A DNA stretch of 64,000 nt, from the NCBI GenBank assembly GCA_038087875.1, contig CM075987.1, positions 6,138,001-6,202,000 on the forward strand. Reading direction: 5' to 3'. The position numbers were made by a program, and so were the translations under genes. The DNA is from Malacoraja senta. Its lineage: Eukaryota. The notes under the pieces were generated by a model. The model did no database searches. It was given only the letters and a program-made list of their open reading frames with translations, and was not told the DNA's origin. Of this stretch, positions 25,818 to 37,769 are shown in pieces; position 1 is the first letter of the stretch, and the number at the start of each line of letters is the position of its first letter.

Positions 25818-25993
25818 TATAGGAAGGAACTGCAGATGCTGGTTTAAACCGAAGATAGACACAAAATGCTGGAGTAACTCAGCGGGACAGACAGCATCTC
25901 TGGAGAGAAGGAATGGGTGACGTTTCGGGTCGAAACCCTCCTCTCCCTAGAGATGCTGCCTGTCACGCTGAGTTACTCCAGCATTTAGTGTCA
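25818..25993. mobile_element. Penelope terminal repeat, inverted pair
   Basis: ggaaggaactgcagatgctggtttaaaccgaagatagacacaaaatgctggagtaactcagcggg... followed by an inverted partial copy. Further copies lie at approximately 4829-4985, 10641-10765, 20628-20852, 28274-28470, 34080-34302, 37810-37910, 38403-38535, 41380-41545, 44430-44555, 48745-48950, 50060-50210, 51895-51986 and 61825-62022. Confidence 0.75.
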
Positions 25994-26501
25994 ACATTTT
26001 TTGTAGTTGCATAGGGCAATTGGGCAAGAAATTTATTTGGTGAGACTTGTATAATTTTACACTCAAATATGTTCACTGATATTTAAATGGCAAAGATACA
26101 CTCACTGATATTTGAATTGAGAATGTTACAATTGTGGTTCAACAGTACAGGATTTTATCTAAAAATGCAGAATTGATTGTCATATTACTCTGCCTCCATC
26201 TGTGACCATCTATTACTTACGACATCTCAGGAGGAGACGAATTGACCCGTTGGGCCAATGTCAGCTTCCAACAGAGCAATCCTACCAGTATTCTCTTTCA
26301 CACGTCCAACTCCTCATCCATTGCCACTTAACTGCACTAAGGGGTAACTTACAGCAGTCAATTAAGCTACACATGTCTAAGTTGTGGCAGGAAATCGGAG
26401 CACGCCGCAAAAATCCACCCAGGAAACGAGCAAACTCTGCACGAACAGCACAGGGTCAGAATCAATTAACCCATATTGGACTTTTGTTTTAATCTGATTT
26501 A

Positions 26502-28116
26502 GAGTGCCCTCCATAATGTTTGGGACAAAGACCCATCATTTATTTATTTGCCTCTGGTACTCCACAATTTGAGATTTGTAATAGAAAATAATCATATGTG
26601 GTTAAAGTGCACATTGTCAGATTTTATTAAGGTATTTTTTATACATTTTAGTTTCACCATGTAGAAAATACAGCTGTGTTTATACATAGTCCCCCCATTT
26701 CAGGGCACCATAATATTTGGGACACATGGCTTCATAGGTGTTTGTAATTGCTCAGGTGTTTTAAATGCCTCCTTAATGCAGGTATAAGAGAGCTCTCAGC
26801 ACCTAGTATTTCCTCCAGTCTTTCCATCACCTTTGGAAACTTTTATTGCTGTTTATCAACATGAGGACCAAAGTTGTGCCAATGAAAGTCAAATAAGCCA
26901 TTATGTGACTGAGAAACAAGAATTAATACTGTTAGAGACATTAGCCAAACCTTAGGCTTACCAAATTCAACTGTTTGGAACATCATTAAGAAGAAAGAGA
27001 GCACTGGTGAGCTTATTAATCACAAAGGGACTGGCAGGCCAAGGAAGACCTCCACGGTTGATGACAGAAGAATTCTCTCTATAATAAAGAAAAATCACCA
27101 AACACCTGTACGACAGATCAGAAACACTCTTCAGGAGTCAGGTGTAGATTTGTCAATGACCACTATCCGCAGAAGACTTCATGAACAGAAATACAGAGGC
27201 TATACAGCAAGAAGCAAACCAATGGTTAGCCGCAAAAATAGGTTGGGCAGGTTACAGTTTGCCAATAAGTACTTAAAAGAGCAACCACAGTTCTCGAGAA
27301 AGGTCTTGTGGACAGATGAGACGAAGATTAACTTGTATCAGAGTGTTGGCAAGAGCAAAATATGGAGGAGAGAAGGAACTGCCCAAGATCATCTGTGAAA
27401 CACAGTGGTGGGGGTGTTATGGCCTGGGCATGTATGGCTGCTGAAGGTACTGGCTCACTTATCTTCATTGATGATACAACTGCTGATGGTAGTAGCATAA
27501 TGAATTCTGAAGTGTATAGACACATCCTATTTGCTCAAGTTCAAACAAATGCCTCAAAACTCATTGGCCGGCGGTTAATTCTACAGTAAGACAATGATCC
27601 CAAACATACTGCTAAAGCAACAAAGGAGTTTTTCATAGCTAAAAAATGGTAAATTCTTGAGTGGCCAAGTCAATCACCCGATCTGAACCCAATTGAGCAT
27701 GCCTTTTATATGCTGAAGAGAAAACTGAAGGGGACTAGCCCCCAAAACAAGCATAAGCTAAAGATGGCTGCAATACAGGCCTGGCAGAGCATCACCAGAG
27801 AACTGGTGATGTCCATGAATCGCAGACTTCAAGCAGTCATTGCATGCAAAGGATATACAACAAAATATTAAACATGACTACTTTCATTTACATGCCATTG
27901 CTGTGTCCCAAACATTATGGTGCCCTGAAATGAGGGGGACTATGTATAAACACTGCTGTAATTTCTACATGGTGAAACCAAAATGTATAAAAATGACCTT
28001 TAATCTGACAATGTGCACTTTAACCACATGTGATTTTTTTCTATTACAAATCTCAAGAGTTCAGAGGCAAATAAATAAATAATGGGTCTTTGTTCCAAAC
28101 ATTATGGAGGGCACTG
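26502..28116 (+). mobile_element. Full-length, decayed Tc1-family (DD34E, IR/DR-type) DNA transposon, 1615 bp
   Basis: TA at 26500-26501 and 28117-28118. Ends (g)AGTGCCCTCCATAATGTTTGG...CCAAACATTATGGAGGGCACTG. TIRs are about 220 bp with an inner repeat (CACCATAATATTTGGGACAC / GTGTCCCAAACATTATGGTG). Confidence 0.95.
26861..27871 (+). pseudogene. Tc1 transposase, inactivated by stops and frameshifts
   Basis: ATG at 26861 (MRTKVVPMKVK*...). Motifs GRPRKT, TIRRRLHE, VLWTDETK, VKHSGGGVMAW, DNDPKH, WPSQSPDLNPIE. Ends KGYTTKY-TAA at 27871. Confidence 0.93.
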
Positions 28117-30333
28117 TACCTCAATTGTCTGTTAATTCTTGAGGCCTTGTTTCTCTTCCGAAATGCTGCACTGTCTCATTTCAGCCTTTGTACTTCATTT
28201 TCTCCTCTATTGTTTCGGGTTTTTTTCTTACTCTTAATCATTGATCTTTTACACCAGTTGCTTTGCCTTTTCGTAGAAACAAGAAACTGCAGATGCTGGT
28301 TAATACCAAAGATAGTGCTGCATTAACTCAGCGGGTCAGGCAGCATCTCTGGAGAATAAGGATGGATGACGTTGCGGGTGGATTATGAAGAAGGATCATG
28401 ACCCAAAACGTCACACATCCTTTTTCTCCAGAGATGCTGCCCGACCTGCTGAGTTACTCCAGCACTATCTTTGCTTTGACTTCTACTTTGCAGTCAGTGT
28501 AAAGGATGCAAGAGTTAGCATTCTTGTTGTATGTGTAAAATTAGCTTTGGTCTTGTTTGACCTACATTGTGCTCTGTATTCCCATGTGCCTTGGTAGTTC
28601 CGTGCTCGCCATTCATTGTGAATGTGGCGCTCGGCACCATCATACCTGACGCTGGCAGTGAGTACCAATTATCAGAATTTTTTGACAGCTGATTGTTGAG
28701 TGGAGTGATTTCCTAATTTGTGCTTCAAATAATAATATTGTTGAATGTCTTGCACTTGGGGAAGGAGGCTTCATCAACAGTATTGGACACAATGGAGCAC
28801 TTAGCAGAAAGGGTTTGTGTAAAGGTTACCACCTTCCTGAGTATGGGTGGTATTTAATGAGTTAAAACAAACAATAAATCCTTCCAGAACCAATAGATTA
28901 TTGCACCAGCTGTTGTTTGTCTTCTCCTCCCACCCCAGCTTGAATTGGTTGACATTTGTCCACTGAACCTTTTGCCACAGGCCGTCTTGTTGTCCCCTAA
29001 GATTTTTGCAACAAAAGATGACTTCCAAAAACTAGTCGTGGCTTTTCTTGAGTAAATTTTAATCTTGGCCAATTTCTTCCTCTTTTCCAACCCTCTCCTT
29101 TTTGCTCTCGCGCGCAGGTTAAGCTGAAGACTCTTACGTACATTTAAGTTACTGAGTTGACATGGATCCAAGTGTGTTTGCCAGAAAGGCTGATGTGCAG
29201 CTACATATGGAGCAAAAATTGGCTTGAGGGCTGGTTAAATATGAACATAATATGCCCTGTGTTGGGAGGCTTTTCCTTTCCTTATTAAGTCACACTTCAT
29301 TAGAGAAATAAATTGTTAGCAACTGTTTTTTCTGATTTGTTGGGGGATTACAGCAAAGGGCATTTTAACCTCTTTACACTGCAGCTCTGTCCAGCTTTTG
29401 CCAAGTGTTGGAGTGATGCCTTTCTCCACAACTCTGCAAATGAAATCTAATATTTTAACCTCATCTGTTGTACTTTGCTGTCAGATTTTTATTCTAGTCT
29501 TGCTCGCAGTTGCCAACAGATATAAACTGCACAAAGTTTAGGTGCTGAGGTTTCTGAAGGTTGGGATTCTTTCCCCATTGTGTGCAAGTCCAGATGGATG
29601 TTCCTTAAATAAAAACACTCCTGTGCATTATACAGAACCATCAATACTGTTCAGTAATCTACCGATCATTCTCTTAAAAAATCCCGTGGTTACAAATAAC
29701 TTTGCTGCTTATTTTATTTTAAACAAATCATTACGAGAAGCTCTTTGTTTTTATATGCACAAGATGGTCTCAAACTTGGATATAGTTTGAACAGTGATAT
29801 ATGGCACGTACCTGAAATAGATTGGAAGGCAGCAGCAGACTATCATGAGTGTATTTGATTTGGCAGTGAAAACCAATTCTTTTTCCATGGATATTAACAC
29901 GGCAAGTTGAAGCATTTACACCGTGAAATGTATCTTTCCCAAGGCAATATAATGTATGTTAAAAATATTCATTATATTAGATTTACTGAGAGTTAGGTTT
30001 TCAGCCTAGATCACTTCAGCTGTCAGTAGACTGTTAGCTGGAATTGGTTTAAAGTGGAGTTGTTTTACGGCACTGGAGCAGGTGTCAGAAACCCCTGACA
30101 CAACTGGAAATCCTGTCACTCTGCATTTTGTTTCCATCACATTGAACTGAATTCAGAAAGAGCAGCGGGAAAAAAAGTGGGGTGCTGAAAGCTTGAAAAG
30201 TGAGTTCAGGTTCTTTAGAACAAAAGGTATCTAAACTGGCCGTACATTTAGCTTTGATCGCAGCTAGCTAAACTCAAATATAATGCGTTTCTTGGGTTCA
30301 GATTAAGCAGTTTATTGTTCTTTTCCTTTGTGT

Positions 30334-31298
30334 CAATAGACAATAGGTGCAGGAGTAGGCCATTCGGCCCTTTGAGCCAGCACCGCCATTTCCAGTTGTG
30401 TCATGGCTGATCATCCACAATCAGTACCCCGTTCCTGCCTTCTCCCCATATCCCTTGACTCCACTATCTTTAAGAGCTCTATCTAACTCTCTCTTGAAAG
30501 CATCCAGAGAATTGGCCTCCACTGCCTTCTGAGGCAGAGAATTCTACAGATTCACAACTCTCTGGGTGAAAAAGTATTTCCTCATCTCCGTTCTAAATGG
30601 CCTACCCCTTATTCGTAAACTGTGGACCCTGGTTCTGGACTGCCCCAACATCGGGAACATGTTTCCTGCCCCTAGTGTGTCCAATCCCTTAATAATCATA
30701 TGTTTCAATAAGATTCCCTCTCATCCTTCTAAATTCCAGTGTATACAAGCCCAGTCACTCCATTCTTTCAACATATGACAGTCCCGCCATCCCGGGAATT
30801 AACCTCGTGAACTTACGCTGCACTCCCTCAATAGCAAGAATGTCCTTCCTCAAATTTGGAGACCAAAACTGCACACAATACTCCAGGTGTGGTCTCACCA
30901 GGGCCCTGTACAACTGCAGAAGGACCTCTTTGCCCCTATACTCAACTCCTCTTGTTATGAAGGCCAACATGCCATTAGCTTTCTTCACTGCCTGCTGTAC
31001 CTGCATGCTTACTTTCAGTGACTGATGTACAAGGACACCGAGATCTCGATGTACTTCCCCTTTTCCTATCTTGACACCATTCAGATAACAATCTGCCTTC
31101 CTGTTCTTGCCACCAAAGTGGATAACCTCACATTTATCCACATTAAACTGCATCTGCCATGCATCTGCCCACTCACCTAACCTGTCCAAGTCACCCTGCA
31201 TCCTCATGGCATCCTCCTCACAGTTCACACTGCCACCCAGCTTTGTCATCTGCAAATTTGCCAATGTTACTTTTAATCCCTTCCTCTAAATCATTAAT
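30334..31298 (-). mobile_element. CR1 LINE 3' fragment (RT C-terminus, 3' UTR, CTATTGT-type tail), young
   Basis: The - strand reads MQGDLDRLGEWADAWQMQFNVDKCEVIHFG...LYRALVRPHLEYCVQFWSP...IEGVQRKFTRLIPG, the canonical CR1 ORF2 region. Confidence 0.93.
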
Positions 31299-31677
31299 TC
31301 ACTAATCATTAATTTAAATCATTAAGGTGTCCTCACCTTGCAAACATACTTCTCCACTTGCATGTACCTTGTGGCAAGTATTTGATTAGGACTTAAATTA
31401 CAGGGCACTTTAATTGTTTCTTCAGATTTCCTGGCCCCATCTTCCGGACCTGGGCTGCTTCTGGGTTCAGCTCAAGATGTTGCACAGGCTGATTTTTGTA
31501 TTGCTTCAGTGACGTGCACAAGCATCTTGGAGCCTTACCTCTGCTGTCCCACCATTGCCGTTGAATGGTTTAAGATGTGTTCTCAACCAACTGAACAGCA
31601 AACCACAGTACATATTTTTGTGATCCATGCTGCCTTCCATAACATTTATCAGCCACACTAATGTCACATATGGTTAA

Positions 31678-31995
31678 AGCCCTGTCCCACGGTACAAGTT
31701 TATTCCAAGAGCTCTCCCGAGTTTAAAAAAAATCATACTCGTGGTAAGCACGGAGAATGAACGTAGCGGGTACGTCGGAGCTTGGGGACGTCTCTTAGCG
31801 CTAACGGCAGGTACTCGGGAAGACTCGCTAACGGCAGGTAAGCACGGGAAGACTTGTGAAGATTTTTCAACATGATGAAAAATGTCCACGAGAGCCCCGA
31901 GTACCGACGAGTGGCCATTACCGTAAATCTCCGAGTTCGAATCAGGGCAAACTCGGGAGAACTCTTGGAATGAACTTGTACCGTGGGACAGGGCT
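31678..31995. mobile_element. PIF/Harbinger-type MITE (318 bp)
   Basis: TAA|AGCCCTGTCCCACGGTACAAG...CTTGTACCGTGGGACAGGGCT. Interior aligns to the reverse complement of 22606-22911. The right TSD is not preserved. Confidence 0.8.
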
Positions 31996-34666
31996 ATTAT
32001 TTTATTCACAGTGACAGAAACATATTTTGGTTATTTTTTTTAATATTAGATTCCTGGCTTATGGAAATTGAACTAAATGGTGTTGCTTTGCTTTCTCCCT
32101 TGAAGATTGCTGTTTGTAGATTTTATTTCCCTCATTTCAGCAAGCAGCCTTCTAAATCATTTGCTGCTGTGGATTTAATGAGCTAAAGTAATAATTATTA
32201 ACCACAAAAGGAGGCCGCGTTGATTGGAATGATCCAAACAAGGAAAAGCTGACCAGAAGTGAGTGATAGCGAACCTAGTTAAATGTGAAGTGGCCAAAGC
32301 CTGCAACTAAGTTGATCTCTAGTGATCTGCTCAGTTTAGTTACGATTTTTATCCATTAGTTTGTGACTGGATGATGGTGATTTGGTTGCATCCAACTGTC
32401 TGGAGAAAATTGGATCTTTGATAAGCACCCTGTTATCAGAGGGGGCTAGTTTCTCATTTGCATTTAGATGAGTATTGATTATTTATTTACTCAACTGGAG
32501 TGGGATTCTTTTCCAATTTTAACTGAATTGTCTGTGGTGTCAGTTGAAAGAGAGATAAAGCTCCTGACACCACCATGAGATAAGAACACTTTGTAGTGAA
32601 GATAAAAGTTCCAAGGGACCTTTTTCTGTTGACTGAAAGTGAAAGTTTAAAAATTAGAATTGATGGATTGTGTTTCCAAAACTTTTTCAGTATTTTTTTC
32701 CAATTTAGTCAGGTTTGTTAGGATTGTAACCTCTGTCTTTTCACTGCGCTGGACTTGTTTGAACTGTGCATTCAAACAAAAGGCAAGGCTCCTTTGTTTC
32801 AAAAACCGGCGGCAGCACAAGATCTTATCCCGCAGTAAAATAACAGAAATGCTGAATATGTTGCACACATTGACGACAAAGACGTTACTTTATAAAATTC
32901 TGCATATGTGTACTTAACACAAGGTCTAAATATCTTATGTTGTGATGTATAATCATAACAGCCCTATGTTTTGTGTAACACTAGTCTTTTGAGTTAGTTT
33001 GGAGATGAGCATTTTATAAAGGGCAGTCGTAGCTTCAGCCTGAGAGATTTTGTTTGTCTGCAAACACTTGCACTGCTGGCTCTGTGATACAGCATGGTTA
33101 TGCATACACAGGTTTTTCTACAATTGCAATAATGTGCCTCCTGTCTCATATGGTAAACCCCCCAGTTGACATGTAATATCCTAAAGTGTCTTACAGATTA
33201 TGATCTGTCACTTTGCAGAATTTATATTGATTTACAAAGACAGCTTGTGTTACTGTAGCCATCAAAGATTAGTGCTGCATTTTTACACTATATAAATGGG
33301 AGAGAGTTGGTAATATTCAGATAATTTACTGAATTGTATTCATTAACCATTGGTGATTTCAGAGTAGTTAATACTTTATCATTTAATGCTTCAAAATTAC
33401 AAAGAAATTAAAATCTGTTGTGAATAGTAGTAGGTATTGCAGAATCATTCCAAACTGCTTTTTGACTTGGGAGAAAGGCTCATTTGAAGGATTGGGTTTG
33501 TGTTCATTTGTAACGCATGCAGGTAGTTATAATAATACAGTGTTATTCAGGAATGGCTTTACTTTCTGCACCCTACTGATTATCAGAAAAAAGCTTTTAG
33601 AAATTTAAGCAAGCTAACTTGCCAAAATAATTGATTCTTTAGAACATAATTTAAAGTATTTTGAACTTCAAAACTGCAAAAGCGAAGATTGTCGAAATTC
33701 ACTTTAGGCGTTGAATTGTCAAATAGCATGTGATAAGGAATGTTGCTGTTTTTAATCTTTTCATAAATGATCTGTTTCTGATAATTCTGCTTGTATTGCC
33801 ATGCTGGGGATGGAAACTTGTTTCCACCATTATCAATATCCAAACAGGTGCAGCTTTGGTGCAGCATAACGCTTCCCGCACATTAACACAACAATACACT
33901 TCAGTTTTTGCTGCAAAGGGATGACCTCCTGGATCTCTTCCTTGTATCTTGTTGCCTCTGGGGTAAAACTGCTCATTTCTGTGCTACTAGGGCCGGTGTC
34001 CATTAGAACATTGGTAGGCAGGTGTTGTGCTCACAAGCATGGGGCACTTTCTTTGGCGAAACACTAGGATTCAAATTACAAGAGAAAAAGGCAGAGTGCT
34101 GGAGTAACTCAGTGGGTCAGGCAGCATCTCTGGAGAACATGGAAAGATGATGTTTTGGGTCAGAACCCTTCATAATGAAGATGGGTTCCGATCCGAAACA
34201 TCACCTACTCATGTTTTCCAGAAATGCTGCCTGACCCGCTGAGTTACTCCAGCAATTTGTGTCTTTTTGTATAAACCGGCATCTGCAGTTGTTTGTTTCT
34301 ACTCCAAGAAGAAAAGCTTGTGTTATTATCATCGTCCCTTCTCAGACCTGTTACTTTTAAGGCTTTCTAATGAAGTAAAGTTTCACTGTTTGTAAATGAT
34401 GATTGTTGTCAGCTTACATAAAACTGAATGACACTCAACGCTAGCTGACAAGGATGTACCGACACCCTGGCATATACCTGCGTTAGCAGAGTAAGCCTAC
34501 AGCAGGGCAAGTGATTTCACAAAGACACTGAAATGCTTTATCAGCCCAGTATTACTAAATCCTCCACCTTATTTCACAGACATTGTGATTATATCAGATT
34601 CAAACTTGAATTTGAATGCTGTTTATTTATCAAATAATGCTGTAGGACTCAGCTGGTTTAGACACC

Positions 34667-35476
34667 GTAGAAACAAGGATCCACAGTTGCTGGTTCACGT
34701 AAAAAGATACTGGAGTAACTCAGCGGGTCAGGGGCATCTTTGGAGAAAATCGATAGGTGACGTTTTGGGTTGGGACCATTCAGACAGATGGTGTGGGAGA
34801 GGAAGCTGGAAGAGAGGAGGGGCAGAAAAAAGCTTGGCAAATGATAGGTTGATATAGGTGAAGATCAAGATCATTTCAAGAGAGTTTATTGTCATGTGTC
34901 CCAGATAGGACAATGAAATTCTTGCTTGCTGCAGCACAACAGAGTATTGTAGGCAAAAATACAGAACAGTTCGGTTCAATATACACATAAATAAGCAGAT
35001 AAAGTGCAATAGGCAGTTACATTTCAGAGTCTGTTGTTGGCGAGTTTAATAGCCTGATGGCTGTGGGGAAGCAGCTGTTCCTGAACCTGGATGTATCAGA
35101 TTTCAGGCTCCTGTACCTTCTGCCCGATGGTAGCGGAGAGATGAGTGCGTGGCCAGGATGGTGTGGGTCCTTGATGTTGGCTGCCTTTTTGAGGCAGCGA
35201 CTGCGATAGATCCCTTCGATGGTGGGGAGGGTTTTGATGGGCAGAAGTTTAGATGAAGGCCAGAGATTAAAAGATCAAAGGTGTGAGATATGGATAGAAG
35301 TTGCGAACTCTGAAGCTAGAGGAAGGAATGTAGGTGGAAGGGGAAAAGTGGGTGAGAGTCCAAATGGGACACAGGGAAGGGGTTGGAAAGAAAGAGGGTT
35401 GAGTTTGGTTAGTTAGTAAAATTGGAGAGTTCACTGTTCACACTGTAGGTTTGTTAGCTACCCAGGCGGACTATGG
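34667..35476 (-). mobile_element. Penelope-like element 3' end, interrupted by a LINE fragment
   Basis: The - strand at about 35420-35476 reads IVRLGS*QTYSVNSELSNF (cf. IFRLGSLQP.GMNIDFSNF), followed by 3' UTR and the terminal repeat at about 34667-34790. This ties the abundant short repeat to Penelope. Confidence 0.65.
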
Positions 35477-36306
35477 TTCAGATACTGAATGGTTGATCTT
35501 GTTAGGCCGACAGCAAGTCCATGGGTTGACCAGTGATGTGAGCGGGAGAACGTGTGGTCATTTGACACAGGGAAGATCTGCCAGTGCTTGTGTCCTGGGT
35601 CACGATTGAGGAACCTCCCACTGTAGAGATGCACAGGAGGTTCAGTGAGAAGAGATTAGCCGAGCAGCCACTGTGATCCAACAGTCGTCCATCATCCAGA
35701 TGCCCGTGGTCATTTTGCAGCTGTTTGGGCAAGGTTCAGGAGGGCATCTGGAGTCCAGCAGGAGGTCAACAGGTTCAGGAGAGGGAGAAAGTGATGCAAG
35801 GGGAAGCACTCGGTTACTTGAGGGAAATAAAACAAGAATGTGAGCTTGACTTCTCTTTGTAGTCACGATATTTCAGCAAGTAAAACCAAATAAATTGTGA
35901 AAATAATGAGGAAGGAGGCAAATATTTTTGATGGGAGCCAAGACATAATTCCTTGTGTCTGAAACTGCTTTTGCATTGAAAGCGGGCTGCTTCAAATGGC
36001 TCTACACTGCAGAAGGAATGTCATTTATATTAATATTCCCTATTTATTTAACCTTTTGTACCCAGAACCATTTACTTTTTGGGGGCCTGGGACGACAAAA
36101 TACAATATGCTCCGTTTTTTTTTTGAAATAATGGTTGATGCATTTATCGGTTTGTGGCTCTTTTTTTTTGTTTTGTTGCTCTGGCATGTGGGCGAAAGAG
36201 AAATGAAATATAAACCCGAACCTTGGAATTATTTAACTGAAGTTACTACACAATTAGGATGCAAGTTTCTCATTCACATTATTTGCTGGCCTTTTTTTCT
36301 TTTCAG

Positions 36307-36414
36307 GACATCAATATCGGCTTGAGAAGCAAAATGAACCTAACGTAGCTGTAGATTTAGATCGTACCTTAGAGAGTCAGAGCACTTTGGAATTCTGTCT
36401 GGTCAGAGAGTACA
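36307..36414 (+). CDS. MAPKAP1: MAPKAP1/SIN1 internal coding exon (108 nt, phase 1-1)
   Basis: Polypyrimidine tract ccttttttcttttcAG, donor GTAAGT. Translates (G)[35 protein letters not shown] versus human [36 protein letters not shown]. In frame with both neighbouring exons. Confidence 0.97.
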
Positions 36415-37413
36415 GTAAGTTTGACCTTTTAACTTTTGACAAATGATCTTCAAAATAAATGTATAAGCAAAATACCAATTAGAAATATGCATGTTTGAAA
36501 TGGTTTAATATTAAATAAAATTGTGTATTTGCATATAGATCTGGTAAATGGATGGCAGGTTTTAGTGTCATTGATGATATATGTGAGGCTGCCATAATTA
36601 CCGAAAGAACATTATTTTACAACAAGGGAGAGGAAAATTTGGAAGCACATTTCAGTGGAAACGGAGTCTGCGTTCCTCACCTATTTCAGCATTCAGTAAT
36701 TATAGTTTTAGCAACTTGTGCTCCGGTGATATGTCAGCATGCTTACTTCTAAACTCTCTTGCACTGATTGTGAACATTTGAAGTGGAAATTGTGGTTGCA
36801 ACTTGCTATCTGAATAATTTTACCTTGGAACAGCCAGCATTACGCGTTTAGTTGGTAAAAGATGATTGAGGAATGTGTTGTTGATTTTTCAGAAAGATGT
36901 GTGGGATGCCCGGGACTTTTTATATTTTGAGTTGAAGTAGGTGGATTTTTGTGTTGGTAATCATTCTAAAACATAAATGTTGCAAAGAATTAATCTTGTC
37001 GTGTTCTGCTCTGGTTTTGATCTCATAGTAGTACAGCATAGGAACAAACATTTTAGCCCACAGTGTTTGTGCCAAACATGATGCTAAATTAAATGTATCT
37101 CCTCTGATTCCATGTAACCCGCTGAGTTACTCCAGCACTTTCATTTTTGGCAAACTAGCATCTGTAGTTCCTTGTTTTTACATAAAGCTGAATTCTTTGT
37201 CATCTTTCTAATGTGAAATAAGCGACAACATTTCGCTCTCACAAAATATATGCGCACAAATGAGGGAAGTTGCAACATTGTTGTGACTCGGGTTAAATTA
37301 CTGAACTTGCAGCTCAAGACTCGATTTCAAAGTCCACCACATTGGATGAGCCATTTGAATTTAGAGACAATAAAAAGGCAAGTTTTGGTGAGAGTACACC
37401 TGCTAACCTCTAA

Positions 37414-37769
37414 AGGGCCTGTCCCACTGTACGAGGTAATTCAAGAGTTCTCCCGCGTTTTCCCCTGATTCGAACTCAGAGAATGTCCGTAGCGGGTCCA
37501 TAGGAGTTCGTGGATGTCTCGTAGCGGCTCGTATGAGTAAAAAGTAACAATGTTTTTCATCACGATATTTTTTTACTCGTGGACGTTTTTCACAGTGTTG
37601 AAAAAATGTCACGAGTTTACCGGATTTCCCGAGTACCTACTGTTCCTCGTACGAGCCGCTACGGGATATTCACGAACTCCTACGAACCCGCTACGGACAT
37701 TCTCTGAGTTCGAATCAGGGGAAAACTCGGGAGAACTCTTGATTTACCTCGTACAGTGGGACAGGCCCT
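37414..37769. mobile_element. PIF/Harbinger-type MITE (356 bp) with ~120-bp TIRs
   Basis: TAA|AGGGCCTGTCCCACTGTACGAGGTAA...TTACCTCGTACAGTGGGACAGGCCCT|TAA. The arms pair over about 120 bp. Confidence 0.88.

Noticed and set aside
35500-35830. Possible old LTR-retrotransposon integrase tail (TTRS-like motif on the - strand)
   Set aside because: The similarity is too weak to support without a search.
3929-36306. Alternative terminal exon equivalent to the short mammalian SIN1 isoform
   Set aside because: I could not identify a convincing candidate by eye; this needs transcript data.
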